Shown piece after piece: positions 1 through 8,925 of a stretch of DNA of 24,000 nucleotides. Origin of the DNA: Candidatus Scatosoma sp. (lineage in GTDB: Bacteria; Bacillota; Clostridia; Christensenellales; Borkfalkiaceae); assembly GCA_045643825.1 (NCBI GenBank), contig JAZRFV010000084.1, positions 47,946 through 71,945 of the forward strand, in the 5' to 3' direction. The notes under the pieces were generated by a model, which saw only the letters and a program-made list of their open reading frames with translations, had not been told where the DNA came from and searched no databases. Every line of letters begins with the position of its first letter. Position 1 is the first letter of the stretch. A program made the translations under genes and the position numbers.

Positions 1-2106
1 GCCCGTATCGCATATACCTCTATTCAAGGTGTAACGGACGAAAATATCCGTGAAATTCGTTTACTTGCGAACAATTTATACTACGACGCAAACTTGGAAG
101 AGGATATTCGCACGAAGATATTAAGCGATACTGAGGTGAGCGATTATGCCAGCGATAAGCTCTATACCGTTCGTCGTGAAATTCGTTTGTTGAACGAGCG
201 CATTCGTACCCGCTTATCGGAATATCTTGTGGGGAGCGAAGGGAAATATTTACAAGACGGCATTATTACAATGCGTGATAATCGTTACGTTTTGCCCGTT
301 CGTGCGGAGTATAAGCGCAATATCAAGGGCTTTATACACGATCGTTCGTCGAGTGGTGCAACCTTCTTTATCGAGCCTGAAGAAATTTTGGAAATGAATA
401 ACGAACTCCGTTCCTTACAGATTGATGAGAAGGAAGAGGTAGAGCGTATTTTAGGCGAACTTTCCCGCCGTGTTGGGTTTATGAGTGACGAGCTGACCTT
501 GGATATTGAGGTGTTGGAGGAGCTTGACAGCTACTATGCTCGTGCCGAGTATGCTTATAAATTATCCTGCGTTAAGCCTGAAATTAACGGAAAGGGTATG
601 ATTGATATTGACCAAGGCCGACACCCTTTGATTGACCGTAAAAAAGTCGTCCCCGTCAGCCTTGCGTTGGGTAAGGAGTATCGTTTCCTCTTGATAAGTG
701 GTCCAAATACGGGCGGTAAAACGGTTACCTTAAAGATGGTAGGGCTGTTTTGTTTGATGGCAATGTGCGGTTTATTTATCCCCGCAAAACGGGCCACCCT
801 TTCTACTTTTGAAGAGATTTATTGCGACGTTGGGGACGCGCAAAGCATTGAAGAAAGCTTGTCCACCTTCTCGTCGCATATTACCAATATTATTCATATT
901 GTGAACAGTGCAAATGCAAACAGCTTGGTGCTTATTGACGAGCTTGGCGGTGGTACAGATCCCGATGAGGGACAAGCACTCGCAAAAGCGATCGTTTCTC
1001 ACCTTTTAGACAGCGGTTGCGCAGGCGTTGTAACCACGCACTATACCTCCTTAAAGGAGTTTGCATTTGCGGCAAAGGGCATTGAAAATGCTTGTATGGA
1101 GTTTGACACAAACACCCTGCAGCCTTTGTACGTTATGCATATAGGGTTGCCTGGTTCGAGTAATGCTTTGGCAATTTCAAGGCGTTTGGGGTTAAAGGAG
1201 AGCATTTTACAAGATGCGCTTTCTAACCTTTCCGAGGATGCCCAAAAGTTTGAAAATATCGTACGAAATGCGGAAGAAAGCCGTATTCAAGCGGAAGAAG
1301 TACTTTATGAAACCAATCGTTTAAAGGCGGAGTGGCAAGAAAAGCTGGATCTTTTAGAGCAGGAGCGTGAAAAACTCAAAAAGGAAAAGGAAAAACTGTT
1401 TGTTTCGGCAAAAGCGGAATCCCGTCGTATCATAAACGACCGCGTTTCGGATGCGGAAGAGCTTTTGCATGAAATTGAAGAAATTTTTGCCAAGGAAAAC
1501 CTTTCGCAAAATGATTTAATCAAGGCAAGAACCCTTAAAAATAAACTTTCCGATAAAGCGTATGAGAGCGAGTTTGAGGAAGAAAATTTACCTCAATACG
1601 TACCTGTAAAACCCGATCAATTAAAGCTTGGTCAAAAGGTATACGTAAAAACGCTTGCGCAAGAAGGCGAGGTGCAAAATATCCGCTTAAATAAAGGCGA
1701 GGCGGAGGTGCTCTGCGGAAATCTTCGTATGCGTTGTAAAATTTCCGATTTATCGCTTGTAATTCATGAAACAAAAGCGCAAACTGTTTCTAAAAAGAAA
1801 TGGCAAGGTGGTAAGAATGACGAGCGGGTGCAGGTAAAGAAATCGTTAAATCCGAAACCCGCGCCTACTCTTGAAATCAATGTAATCGGTTTAACTGTAC
1901 ACGAAGCGTTGCCCGAGGTAGAGGCATTTATTGATTCGGCGGTGATTGCTAACCTTGAAGAAGTGCGTATCGTGCACGGTGTTGGTACGGGAAAACTCCG
2001 CGCTGGTATTCACGAATATTTGCGTACGCATAGAAACGTTGCAGAATATAGGCTTGGAAAATATGGCGAAGGGGAAACGGGTGTTACTATCGTAAAAATC
2101 CGTTGA
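1..2106 (+). CDS. mutS2: Endonuclease MutS2 (MutS-family ATPase with C-terminal Smr domain), 5' truncated by window edge
   Basis: Frame is open from base 1 (ARIAYTSIQGVTDENIREIRLLANNLYYDANLEED...). Contains Walker A GPNTGGKTVTLK, Walker B-like LVLIDELGGGTDPDEG, and the C-terminal Smr motif (HGVGTGKLRAGIHEYL). The ORF-track start at 94 is an internal TTG. Confidence 0.95.
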   Translation, partial: ARIAYTSIQGVTDENIREIRLLANNLYYDANLEEDIRTKILSDTEVSDYASDKLYTVRREIRLLNERIRTRLSEYLVGSEGKYLQDGIITMRDNRYVLPVRAEYKRNIKGFIHDRSSSGATFFIEPEEILEMNNELRSLQIDEKEEVERILGELSRRVGFMSDELTLDIEVLEELDSYYARAEYAYKLSCVKPEINGKGMIDIDQGRHPLIDRKKVVPVSLALGKEYRFLLISGPNTGGKTVTLKMVGLFCLMAMCGLFIPAKRATLSTFEEIYCDVGDAQSIEESLSTFSSHITNIIHIVNSANANSLVLIDELGGGTDPDEGQALAKAIVSHLLDSGCAGVVTTHYTSLKEFAFAAKGIENACMEFDTNTLQPLYVMHIGLPGSSNALAISRRLGLKESILQDALSNLSEDAQKFENIVRNAEESRIQAEEVLYETNRLKAEWQEKLDLLEQEREKLKKEKEKLFVSAKAESRRIINDRVSDAEELLHEIEEIFAKENLSQNDLIKARTLKNKLSDKAYESEFEEENLPQYVPVKPDQLKLGQKVYVKTLAQEGEVQNIRLNKGEAEVLCGNLRMRCKISDLSLVIHETKAQTVSKKKWQGGKNDERVQVKKSLNPKPAPTLEINVIGLTVHEALPEVEAFIDSAVIANLEEVRIVHGVGTGKLRAGIHEYLRTHRNVAEYRLGKYGEGETGVTIVKIR

Positions 2107-2178
2107 TTTTACACTCAAGGCATAACTTTATAAAAGAGAAAATATGATAGATAAAACTCTTTTATAAGGATTAATGCG

Positions 2179-2910
2179 ATGAAAAATAGAAATTTAGGGC
2201 AGTCTATACGCTTAAAATTAGCAACGAATATCGTTTTAGGTGTGCTGATTTTGTCGATTGGGGCGTTATGCCTTTCGCCTATACAAGAAAGTGTTTCCAC
2301 AAAATCCGACAATGCAAATATTTATCGTTGCGTCGAAGAAGAACCGAAAGGTGTTTCCTTAATGTTCAACGTGTATTGGGGTACGGATGAGGTGTATCGC
2401 ATTTTAACGATTTTGTCGGAGTATGACGCACGTGCCACCTTTTTTATCGGTGGGTGTTGGGCGGATGATAACGTAGACTGCTTGAAGGCAATTTATGACG
2501 CAGGGCACGAAATTGGAAACCACGGTTATTTCCATAAAGACCATTCAAAATTTAATTTTGAGGAAAATCAAAAGGAAATTAATGCGTGCAATCAATTTAT
2601 CCAACGTGCAATAGGGGTAAAACCTGTTCTATTTGCACCGCCATCGGGTGCATATAATGACGATATGGTGGCGGCGGCTACTTCGCTTGGATTATCCACA
2701 GTGCTTTGGTCGAAGGATACCATTGATTGGCGGGATAAAAATACGGCGCTTATTTACAGTCGAGCAACGAACAACGTGAAGAGTGGAGATTTTATTTTAA
2801 TGCATCCCATGAAAGAAACGGCGGATGCCTTGCGTGATATTCTGAAATTTTATCAAAATCATGGTTTGAAATCGGTAACGGTTTCGCAAAATTTACAAAA
2901 AGAAGGTTAA
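2179..2910 (+). CDS. Polysaccharide deacetylase (NodB/CE4-like), N-terminal membrane anchor
   Basis: N-terminal hydrophobic segment, then SLMFNVYWG...ARATFFIGG, GHEIGNHGYFHKDH and a C-terminal LMHP motif, typical of the sporulation PdaB-like/NodB fold. Confidence 0.85.
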   Translation: MKNRNLGQSIRLKLATNIVLGVLILSIGALCLSPIQESVSTKSDNANIYRCVEEEPKGVSLMFNVYWGTDEVYRILTILSEYDARATFFIGGCWADDNVDCLKAIYDAGHEIGNHGYFHKDHSKFNFEENQKEINACNQFIQRAIGVKPVLFAPPSGAYNDDMVAAATSLGLSTVLWSKDTIDWRDKNTALIYSRATNNVKSGDFILMHPMKETADALRDILKFYQNHGLKSVTVSQNLQKEG

Positions 2911-2912
2911 AA

Positions 2913-4151
2913 ATGATATACGAGAAAAAATATGAAAATGGCTTGCGTCTCGTGGTAAAAAAGATGGAAGGCTTGATGTCCGTATCTATGGGTATTTTGG
3001 TCGGTACGGGCGCATCGGTTGAAACGGATGCCGAGGACGGTATTTCGCATTTTATCGAGCATATGCAGTTTAAAGGTACAAAGAAGCGCAACGCGTTTGA
3101 AATTTCGGATGCGTTTGACCGCTTGGGTGCGCAGGTGAACGCTTTTACCGGTCAAGACCTTACCTGCTATTATTCGAAATGTACGGTTGATCATACGGCG
3201 GCTTGCTTTGAATTACTTGCGGATTTATTCTTAAATGCAACCTTCCCTGAAGATGAAATGGTGAGGGAAAAAGGGGTTGTATGCGAAGAAATCTCTATGA
3301 ATGAGGACTCCCCTGAAGATTTGTGCTTGGATTTGTTAGGTACTGCACATTACGGTAAGGAAAACTATGGCCGTAATATTCTCGGCCCTGCAAGCAACGT
3401 AAAAGGTTTTACCGTGGAGGATATCTACCGTTATAAAAAGGCGAGATATTGCCCTGAAAATATCGTAATTTCCTTTGCAGGGAATATTGATGCGCAAACG
3501 GCACAAGCGCTTGTGGAAAGCTATTTTGGAAAGCTTGATAAAGGTGTTTTTGAGGAAAGGAAACAGACAATTGTCAATTGCCACCAAACACTTGTAAAGA
3601 CGAAACCGATTGAGCAAATGCACGTTGCGATTGCATATCCGTCCGTTGCAAGAGGGGATAAAAACGAAAACCTCATAAATGCCGTAAACGCTATTTTAGG
3701 CGGTTCGATGAGTGCAAGATTATTCCAAGAGGTACGTGAAAAACGCGGGCTTGCTTATTCGGTATATTCTTACCTTTCGCTGTTCCGTGAATGCGGTGCT
3801 TTGAAAATTTACGCAGGCGTTAATCCTACTCACGTCTACGAGGCGTACGGCGCAATTTGTGACGTAATCGAAGGGATGAAGAAAAACGGTATTACGGAAG
3901 ACGAGTTTTTGCGTAGCCGTGAGCAGTTGAAATCGGGTATGTTTTTTAGCAATGAAAGTACCAATTCACAAATGCTCCTTTACGGAAAATATATGTTGCA
4001 CTTCAATAAGATTTTTGACTTTGAGGAAAAGCTGAAAGCATTAAACGGAATGCGTCACGAGGAAGCCCAGGCGGTGATTGTCGATATGTTTGATGAAAGC
4101 CGTAAGGCGATTGCGTTGGTTGGCAATACGGATACGCCGTTGGCATTTTAA
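2913..4151 (+). CDS. M16 family zinc metallopeptidase (processing-peptidase-like)
   Basis: Inverted zinc motif HFIEHMQFKGT, with downstream GGSMSARLFQEVREKRGLAYSVYSY typical of M16B. Confidence 0.93.
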   Translation: MIYEKKYENGLRLVVKKMEGLMSVSMGILVGTGASVETDAEDGISHFIEHMQFKGTKKRNAFEISDAFDRLGAQVNAFTGQDLTCYYSKCTVDHTAACFELLADLFLNATFPEDEMVREKGVVCEEISMNEDSPEDLCLDLLGTAHYGKENYGRNILGPASNVKGFTVEDIYRYKKARYCPENIVISFAGNIDAQTAQALVESYFGKLDKGVFEERKQTIVNCHQTLVKTKPIEQMHVAIAYPSVARGDKNENLINAVNAILGGSMSARLFQEVREKRGLAYSVYSYLSLFRECGALKIYAGVNPTHVYEAYGAICDVIEGMKKNGITEDEFLRSREQLKSGMFFSNESTNSQMLLYGKYMLHFNKIFDFEEKLKALNGMRHEEAQAVIVDMFDESRKAIALVGNTDTPLAF

Positions 4152-4167
4152 TGGTGAATATATATAG

Positions 4168-4839
4168 ATGATATATTCCGACTTTCTTGAGATACTAAAC
4201 GGCTATGCGGAAAAAGAGTTTGCTGATTTTCAGCGCCGTTTGATTTTTACAAAGTATAAAATTCTTGGGGTAAGAACTCCAATCCTGCATAGGTTGGCAA
4301 AGGAGTTTTTCTCGGATTTTGAAACAATTTTCGCTTATCCAAACGAATATTACGAGGTGGCTGCAATAAAACTGTTTCAAGCGGCTACATTGCCTTACGA
4401 GGACTTTCTTAAATATCTTTACGATTGCATTACATTGATGGATAATTGGGCTCTTTGTGACGGTTTCAAGGCAAAATGCATTAAAATGCATAAAGAGGAA
4501 TTTGTTTCCGTCTTACAAGATTTGTTTGCTCATGGCGGTGAGTATGAGGAACGGTATCCGTTGGTTGTACTTTTAACGGAATATGTAGAGGGGAAATATT
4601 TACCGATTATAGAAGAATTTCTTCGTAAGGCAGATACTTCTCGTTATTACGTACATATGGCAGCGGCGTGGCTCATTGCCGAAGTTCTCGTGAAAGAGTA
4701 CGACGAAGGGGTGACGTTGTTAAAACAAGGTGTTACGGATGCCAAAACACACAACAAAGCGATACAAAAGGCAATTGAAAGCCATCGCTTAACAAACGAA
4801 CAAAAGGAATTTTTACGTTCCTTAAAAATAAGAAAATAA
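4168..4839 (+). CDS. DNA alkylation repair enzyme (AlkD-like HEAT-repeat protein)
   Basis: Pattern GVRTPILHRLAKE...NWALCDGF...YYVHMAAAWLIAEVLVKEY matches the AlkD-like family. Confidence 0.8.
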   Translation: MIYSDFLEILNGYAEKEFADFQRRLIFTKYKILGVRTPILHRLAKEFFSDFETIFAYPNEYYEVAAIKLFQAATLPYEDFLKYLYDCITLMDNWALCDGFKAKCIKMHKEEFVSVLQDLFAHGGEYEERYPLVVLLTEYVEGKYLPIIEEFLRKADTSRYYVHMAAAWLIAEVLVKEYDEGVTLLKQGVTDAKTHNKAIQKAIESHRLTNEQKEFLRSLKIRK

Positions 4840-4857
4840 TTTTTACAGGTAAACTTT

Positions 4858-7029
4858 ATGGATATTTTACAAACGATTACACAAGAATTCAATTTAAATC
4901 CCACGCACGTGAAAAATATCGTGTCCTTGATTGATGAAGGCAATACCATCCCTTTTATTGCCCGTTATCGTAAGGAAATGACGGGGAACTGCGACGATCA
5001 GCTTTTGAGAGAGCTTTTCGATCGTCTTACGTACCTCCGCAACCTTGAAAAGAGTAAGGAAGAGAAAATTAAGGCGATTACTGAACAGGGTAAAATGACG
5101 GAGGAAATCCGCGTTGCGATGGCAAACGCCGTTACTTTGACGGAGGTGGAGGATATTTACCGCCCTTACAAACAAAAACGTAAGACACGTGCTTCCGTGG
5201 CGATTGCAAAGGGGTTGCAACCCTTTGCGGATACGATTTTGGCGCAGGATAAAGCCCTTGACGTACGAGCAGAGGCTGAAAAATATATCACGGAAGAGGT
5301 AAAAACGGTTGCGGATGCAATCGATGGTGCGCGTGATATCATTGCTGAAATTATTTCCGATGATGCGGCGACTCGTAAAAAGTTGCGTAATTTCTTCTTT
5401 AAACACGGCGAAATGGTTTCCTCTTACGCAAAGGGCAAGGAAGAAGCGGATGAAACGAAAACGTATGGTATGTATGCAGATTACTGCGAACCTGTTTCCG
5501 AGGTGAAGAGCCATCGTATTCTTGCCTTAAATCGTGGTGAAAAGGAAGAATTCTTGAAGGTATCCATCGTTGTGGATGGTGATTTTGCAAAGCGTATTAC
5601 GGCGGCAAGCTTCTTAAAAGACGGTGGCGAATCCACGAAGATTGTAAAAGAAGCGGCGGAAGACGGTTATGATAGATTGATTGCGCCCTCCGTAGAAAGA
5701 GAGGTTCGTTCGCAACTTTTTGAAGATGCAAGCGAACAAGCGATTAAGATGTTCGAGCTTAATTTGAAACCCTTATTGATGCAACCGCCTGTGAAGGATA
5801 AAATCACGATGGGTTGGGACCCTGCGTATCGTACGGGGTGCAAAATTTGCGTGGTAGACGGTACGGGCAAGGTGCTTGATAAAACCGTTGTTTTCCCCAC
5901 CCCTCCTCAAAATAAGACGGAAGAAGCAAAGGTTGTCTTGAAAAAGTTGATTGCAAAATACGGCGTGCAGGTTATTTCTTGCGGTAACGGTACGGCAAGC
6001 AAGGAAAGCGAAATCTTTATCGCTGAACTCGTTAAGGAGATTAAGGCGGAAACGGGTAGAGAAGTCGGCTACGTTATCGTAAATGAAGCTGGCGCATCCG
6101 TATATTCGGCGAGTGCGCTGGCGAAGGAAGAATTCCCCGATTACGATGTAACGGCACGTAGTGCGGTATCTATCGCTCGTAGATTGCAAGATCCTTTGGC
6201 GGAACTTATCAAAATCGATCCGAAATCCATTGGCGTTGGTCAATACCAACACGATATGAATGAAAAGCGTTTGGACGGCGTTCTTGTAGGCGTTTTGGAA
6301 GATTGTGTAAACAGCGTTGGCGTGGATTTGAACACGGCGAGCGTGTCTCTTTTGAAATTTGTTGCTGGTTTAAACTCTGGCGTGGCGAAAAACATCGTTG
6401 CGTACCGTGAAGAAAATGGTAGATTTAAATCCCGTAAGCAGCTTTTGAAGGTGCCGAAGCTTGGTGAAAAGGCGTATACGCAATGTGCTGGCTTCTTGCG
6501 TATTGACTGTGGTGAAAATATTTTGGATAACACCGCTGTACACCCTGAATCCTATGCAAAAGCGGAAAAACTCCTTTCCTTGTTCTCTTACACCAAAGAG
6601 GATGTGAAAGCTCGTAAAATCGACGATTTACGCCAAAAAATTAAGGCTTATGGCGAAGAGAAAGCGGCAAAAGAAACCGAACTTGATAAAGCAACGATGA
6701 ACGATATTATCACCGAACTTATGAAGCCCGGTCGTGATATCCGTGATGCTTTGCCTGCTCCCATCCTTCGTAAAGATATTATGGGCATTGAAGATTTGAA
6801 GGTGGGCATGGAATTGACAGGTACGGTGCGTAACGTCGTTGACTTTGGCGCGTTTATCGATATCGGTGTGCATCAAGACGGTTTGGTGCATATTTCCGAA
6901 ATTACCGAACGTTATATTCGTCATCCTTCCGAGGTATTGAAGGTTGGTCAAATCGTGCAGGTTCGTGTAAAAGAAGTGGATGTTAAGAAAAACCGTATCG
7001 GGTTGACGATGAAAAATAAGACGAAATAA
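4858..7029 (+). CDS. tex: Tex family transcriptional accessory / S1 RNA-binding protein
   Basis: 723 aa. N-terminal NTIPFIARYRKEMTG, middle TDPxYRTG-like (WDPAYRTGCKICVVDGTGK), HhH region, and C-terminal S1 domain (GTVRNVVDFGAFIDIGVHQDGLVHISE). Confidence 0.95.
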   Translation: MDILQTITQEFNLNPTHVKNIVSLIDEGNTIPFIARYRKEMTGNCDDQLLRELFDRLTYLRNLEKSKEEKIKAITEQGKMTEEIRVAMANAVTLTEVEDIYRPYKQKRKTRASVAIAKGLQPFADTILAQDKALDVRAEAEKYITEEVKTVADAIDGARDIIAEIISDDAATRKKLRNFFFKHGEMVSSYAKGKEEADETKTYGMYADYCEPVSEVKSHRILALNRGEKEEFLKVSIVVDGDFAKRITAASFLKDGGESTKIVKEAAEDGYDRLIAPSVEREVRSQLFEDASEQAIKMFELNLKPLLMQPPVKDKITMGWDPAYRTGCKICVVDGTGKVLDKTVVFPTPPQNKTEEAKVVLKKLIAKYGVQVISCGNGTASKESEIFIAELVKEIKAETGREVGYVIVNEAGASVYSASALAKEEFPDYDVTARSAVSIARRLQDPLAELIKIDPKSIGVGQYQHDMNEKRLDGVLVGVLEDCVNSVGVDLNTASVSLLKFVAGLNSGVAKNIVAYREENGRFKSRKQLLKVPKLGEKAYTQCAGFLRIDCGENILDNTAVHPESYAKAEKLLSLFSYTKEDVKARKIDDLRQKIKAYGEEKAAKETELDKATMNDIITELMKPGRDIRDALPAPILRKDIMGIEDLKVGMELTGTVRNVVDFGAFIDIGVHQDGLVHISEITERYIRHPSEVLKVGQIVQVRVKEVDVKKNRIGLTMKNKTK

Positions 7030-7058
7030 GGCGTTTGCGGAAAAATACGGAAAAACAC

Positions 7059-7087
7059 TTGACAATATAATCTATTTATATTAAAAT
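7059..7087 (+). promoter_or_regulatory. Predicted sigmaA promoter for acpP
   Basis: TTGACA (7059-7064) - 17 nt - TAAAAT (7082-7087), upstream of acpP with a GGAGG RBS. Confidence 0.7.
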
Positions 7088-7132
7088 ACTTATGTCAAAT
7101 ACATTGACGCTAACGACACGGAGGAAAAATTT

Positions 7133-7357
7133 ATGTTAGAAAAAATCCAGGCTATGCTTGCCGAAGCTCTTAATCTTCCCGTTGAGAAGGTTACCCCTGA
7201 TGCAAAGATCGTTGATGATCTTGGTGCTGATTCGTTGGACGTTGTTGAACTTTTGAGCCAACTTGAAGACGAATATGGTATCACCATTCCCGATGACGAG
7301 GTTGAAAATCTTGTTACGGTTGCTGACGTAGCGACGGCAGTAGAAAAGCTTCAATAA
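7133..7357 (+). CDS. acpP: Acyl carrier protein
   Basis: 74 aa with the phosphopantetheine motif DLGADSLDVVEL. Confidence 0.95.
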   Translation: MLEKIQAMLAEALNLPVEKVTPDAKIVDDLGADSLDVVELLSQLEDEYGITIPDDEVENLVTVADVATAVEKLQ

Positions 7358-7373
7358 TTTTTTTTAAGAGTAT

Positions 7374-7404
7374 AAAATGCCTTTGGGTTACCCGGAGGCA
7401 TTTT
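7374..7404 (+). terminator. Hairpin/likely intrinsic terminator after acpP
   Basis: aaaatgcctttggg-tta-cccggaggcatttt: 14-pair stem including G-U pairs, then a short T-rich tail. It overlaps the ORF-track start at 7377, so that start is unlikely. Confidence 0.7.
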
Positions 7405-7430
7405 ATTATAGATATACAAAAGAGGAAATT

Positions 7431-8843
7431 ATGAAAAATAAATTCGTCAAATATCTATTATTATTCATTCTTGTGCTTATCCCTTGTGTAATGCAATCCG
7501 CATGCAAAAAAGCAAAAGGGGGTGTAGAGGAGTTTATACCTATCTACAACGAGGCATCAAGTGGGAGCGAGTCGCTTTTGGAGGAAAGTTCCGAAAGTGA
7601 GGCTGTAGAAAGTTCTTCGCAAACCAACGAGGAGGAAAGCTCTTCTGCGAGTGAGCGTGTTGAGCCTGAAACCTCGTATGAGGAAGATGAGGTTGAGGAA
7701 GAACCTACGGGTTGTACAACGCATAGTATGGTAATATCTTCCGTGGACGCTGATTGTATCACAGACGGGTTCTACAAAAAATGGTGCGAAAACTGCGATT
7801 TTGTGGAAGAATTCTATACAATCAACGCCATTGGGCATATCGGCACGGAGGCTGCTGAGATTTCGCCTACTTGTCAGGAAGACGGGTATAGCTCCTACAT
7901 ATATTGTATAACATGCGAAGAGATATTGGAGGAGGGTGCTATTCTTCCGATGATAGATCACGACTATGTAACGGGTTTTGGTGCTTGTATTTGGTGTGAT
8001 GCGGTTCAATTAAGTTACGAGGTTGTGGAGGGCGAGCGTTGCTACGCCGTATGTGTAGGACCTGTTCCCCGAAATCCGAAACCGTTGGCTCGTTTTGTAC
8101 ATATTCCCGACACCGTTACTGTTATTGCCAAGGATTCTACGGGGCAGGACAAGTTGTACGAAAATATTCCCGTTGTAAAAATTGCAACCAATGCATTTGC
8201 CAAGGCGTACGATCTAAATAAGCTCATTATTGGTAAAAACGTTGAGGAAATCGGGGTAGGCGCATTTATCCATTGCTTTAATTTGCGTGAAGTATATGAT
8301 AAATCTCAATTAAAGATTGGGCTGCAAGGTAGGGAAGAAAATGGCTGCATTACTGATAACGTAAAGCAAGAGGATATCCATTATACGGATGATTTTGTTA
8401 GTAAAATCAGCGAAGATAAGGCGAGTGGGTGTTTCTTATATACGGACGAGGATATGGTAGAGCTTATCGGTATCCGTGATATTATGGAGGATGTCGTGAT
8501 TCCCGAGGGCGTTACACACATGTCGAATGCCATTTTTGTGATGGCGCACCGAATTACTACATTGACGATTGCCACAACGGTAAAATATATCGCTCCGCTT
8601 GCATTTGGCCTTCCTTGTGACCAGCATAGGGCGCCTAATCATACGAAAAAGGATTGCTCTTTCTTCTTGGAAAAGATTACGTTCCTTAATCCATACGGCT
8701 GGAGTGCATACGAGGAAATCGGCGGGGCACTGATTTATAACTTTACGGCAATGGAATTGAGTGATAATCCCGAAGGTACTTGCTTGAATTTAGCTTGGGA
8801 ATATATGCGTATGAACGCGCATTGGATTCGGACGGACAATTAA
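7431..8843 (+). CDS. Predicted lipoprotein with Ser/Glu-rich linker, Cys-motif repeats and LRR_5/BspA-like segments
   Basis: Start re-assigned from 7377 to ATG 7431 (RBS agaggaaatt). Signal MKNKFVKYLLLFILVLIPCVMQSAC has a lipobox. It is followed by an S/E-rich linker, WCENCDF / YCITCEEIL / ACIWCDAV motifs, and IATNAFAKAYDLNKLIIGKNVEEIGVGAFIHCFNL (LRR_5-like). Confidence 0.75.
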   Translation: MKNKFVKYLLLFILVLIPCVMQSACKKAKGGVEEFIPIYNEASSGSESLLEESSESEAVESSSQTNEEESSSASERVEPETSYEEDEVEEEPTGCTTHSMVISSVDADCITDGFYKKWCENCDFVEEFYTINAIGHIGTEAAEISPTCQEDGYSSYIYCITCEEILEEGAILPMIDHDYVTGFGACIWCDAVQLSYEVVEGERCYAVCVGPVPRNPKPLARFVHIPDTVTVIAKDSTGQDKLYENIPVVKIATNAFAKAYDLNKLIIGKNVEEIGVGAFIHCFNLREVYDKSQLKIGLQGREENGCITDNVKQEDIHYTDDFVSKISEDKASGCFLYTDEDMVELIGIRDIMEDVVIPEGVTHMSNAIFVMAHRITTLTIATTVKYIAPLAFGLPCDQHRAPNHTKKDCSFFLEKITFLNPYGWSAYEEIGGALIYNFTAMELSDNPEGTCLNLAWEYMRMNAHWIRTDN

Positions 8844-8864
8844 GCTCTAAACCATTGAAAATGA

Positions 8865-8893
8865 TTGCTTTATTTAAAAAGTTATGCTATAAT
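8865..8893 (+). promoter_or_regulatory. Predicted sigmaA promoter for ABC-F gene
   Basis: TTGCTT - 17 nt - TATAAT, with an extended -10 (TGCTATAAT). Confidence 0.65.
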
Positions 8894-8925
8894 ACTGTGG
8901 TTAATAATAAAGACAGAGGTGTTAA

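Noticed and set aside
5773-6252. 159-aa minus-strand ORF opposite tex (and neighbouring antisense ORFs)
   Set aside because: Antisense shadow ORFs within a strongly supported Tex coding region.
7377-7430. ORF-track N-terminal extension of the lipoprotein (MPLGYPEAFYYRYTKEEI)
   Set aside because: It overlaps a 14-pair terminator hairpin after acpP. The RBS and the lipoprotein signal support ATG 7431.
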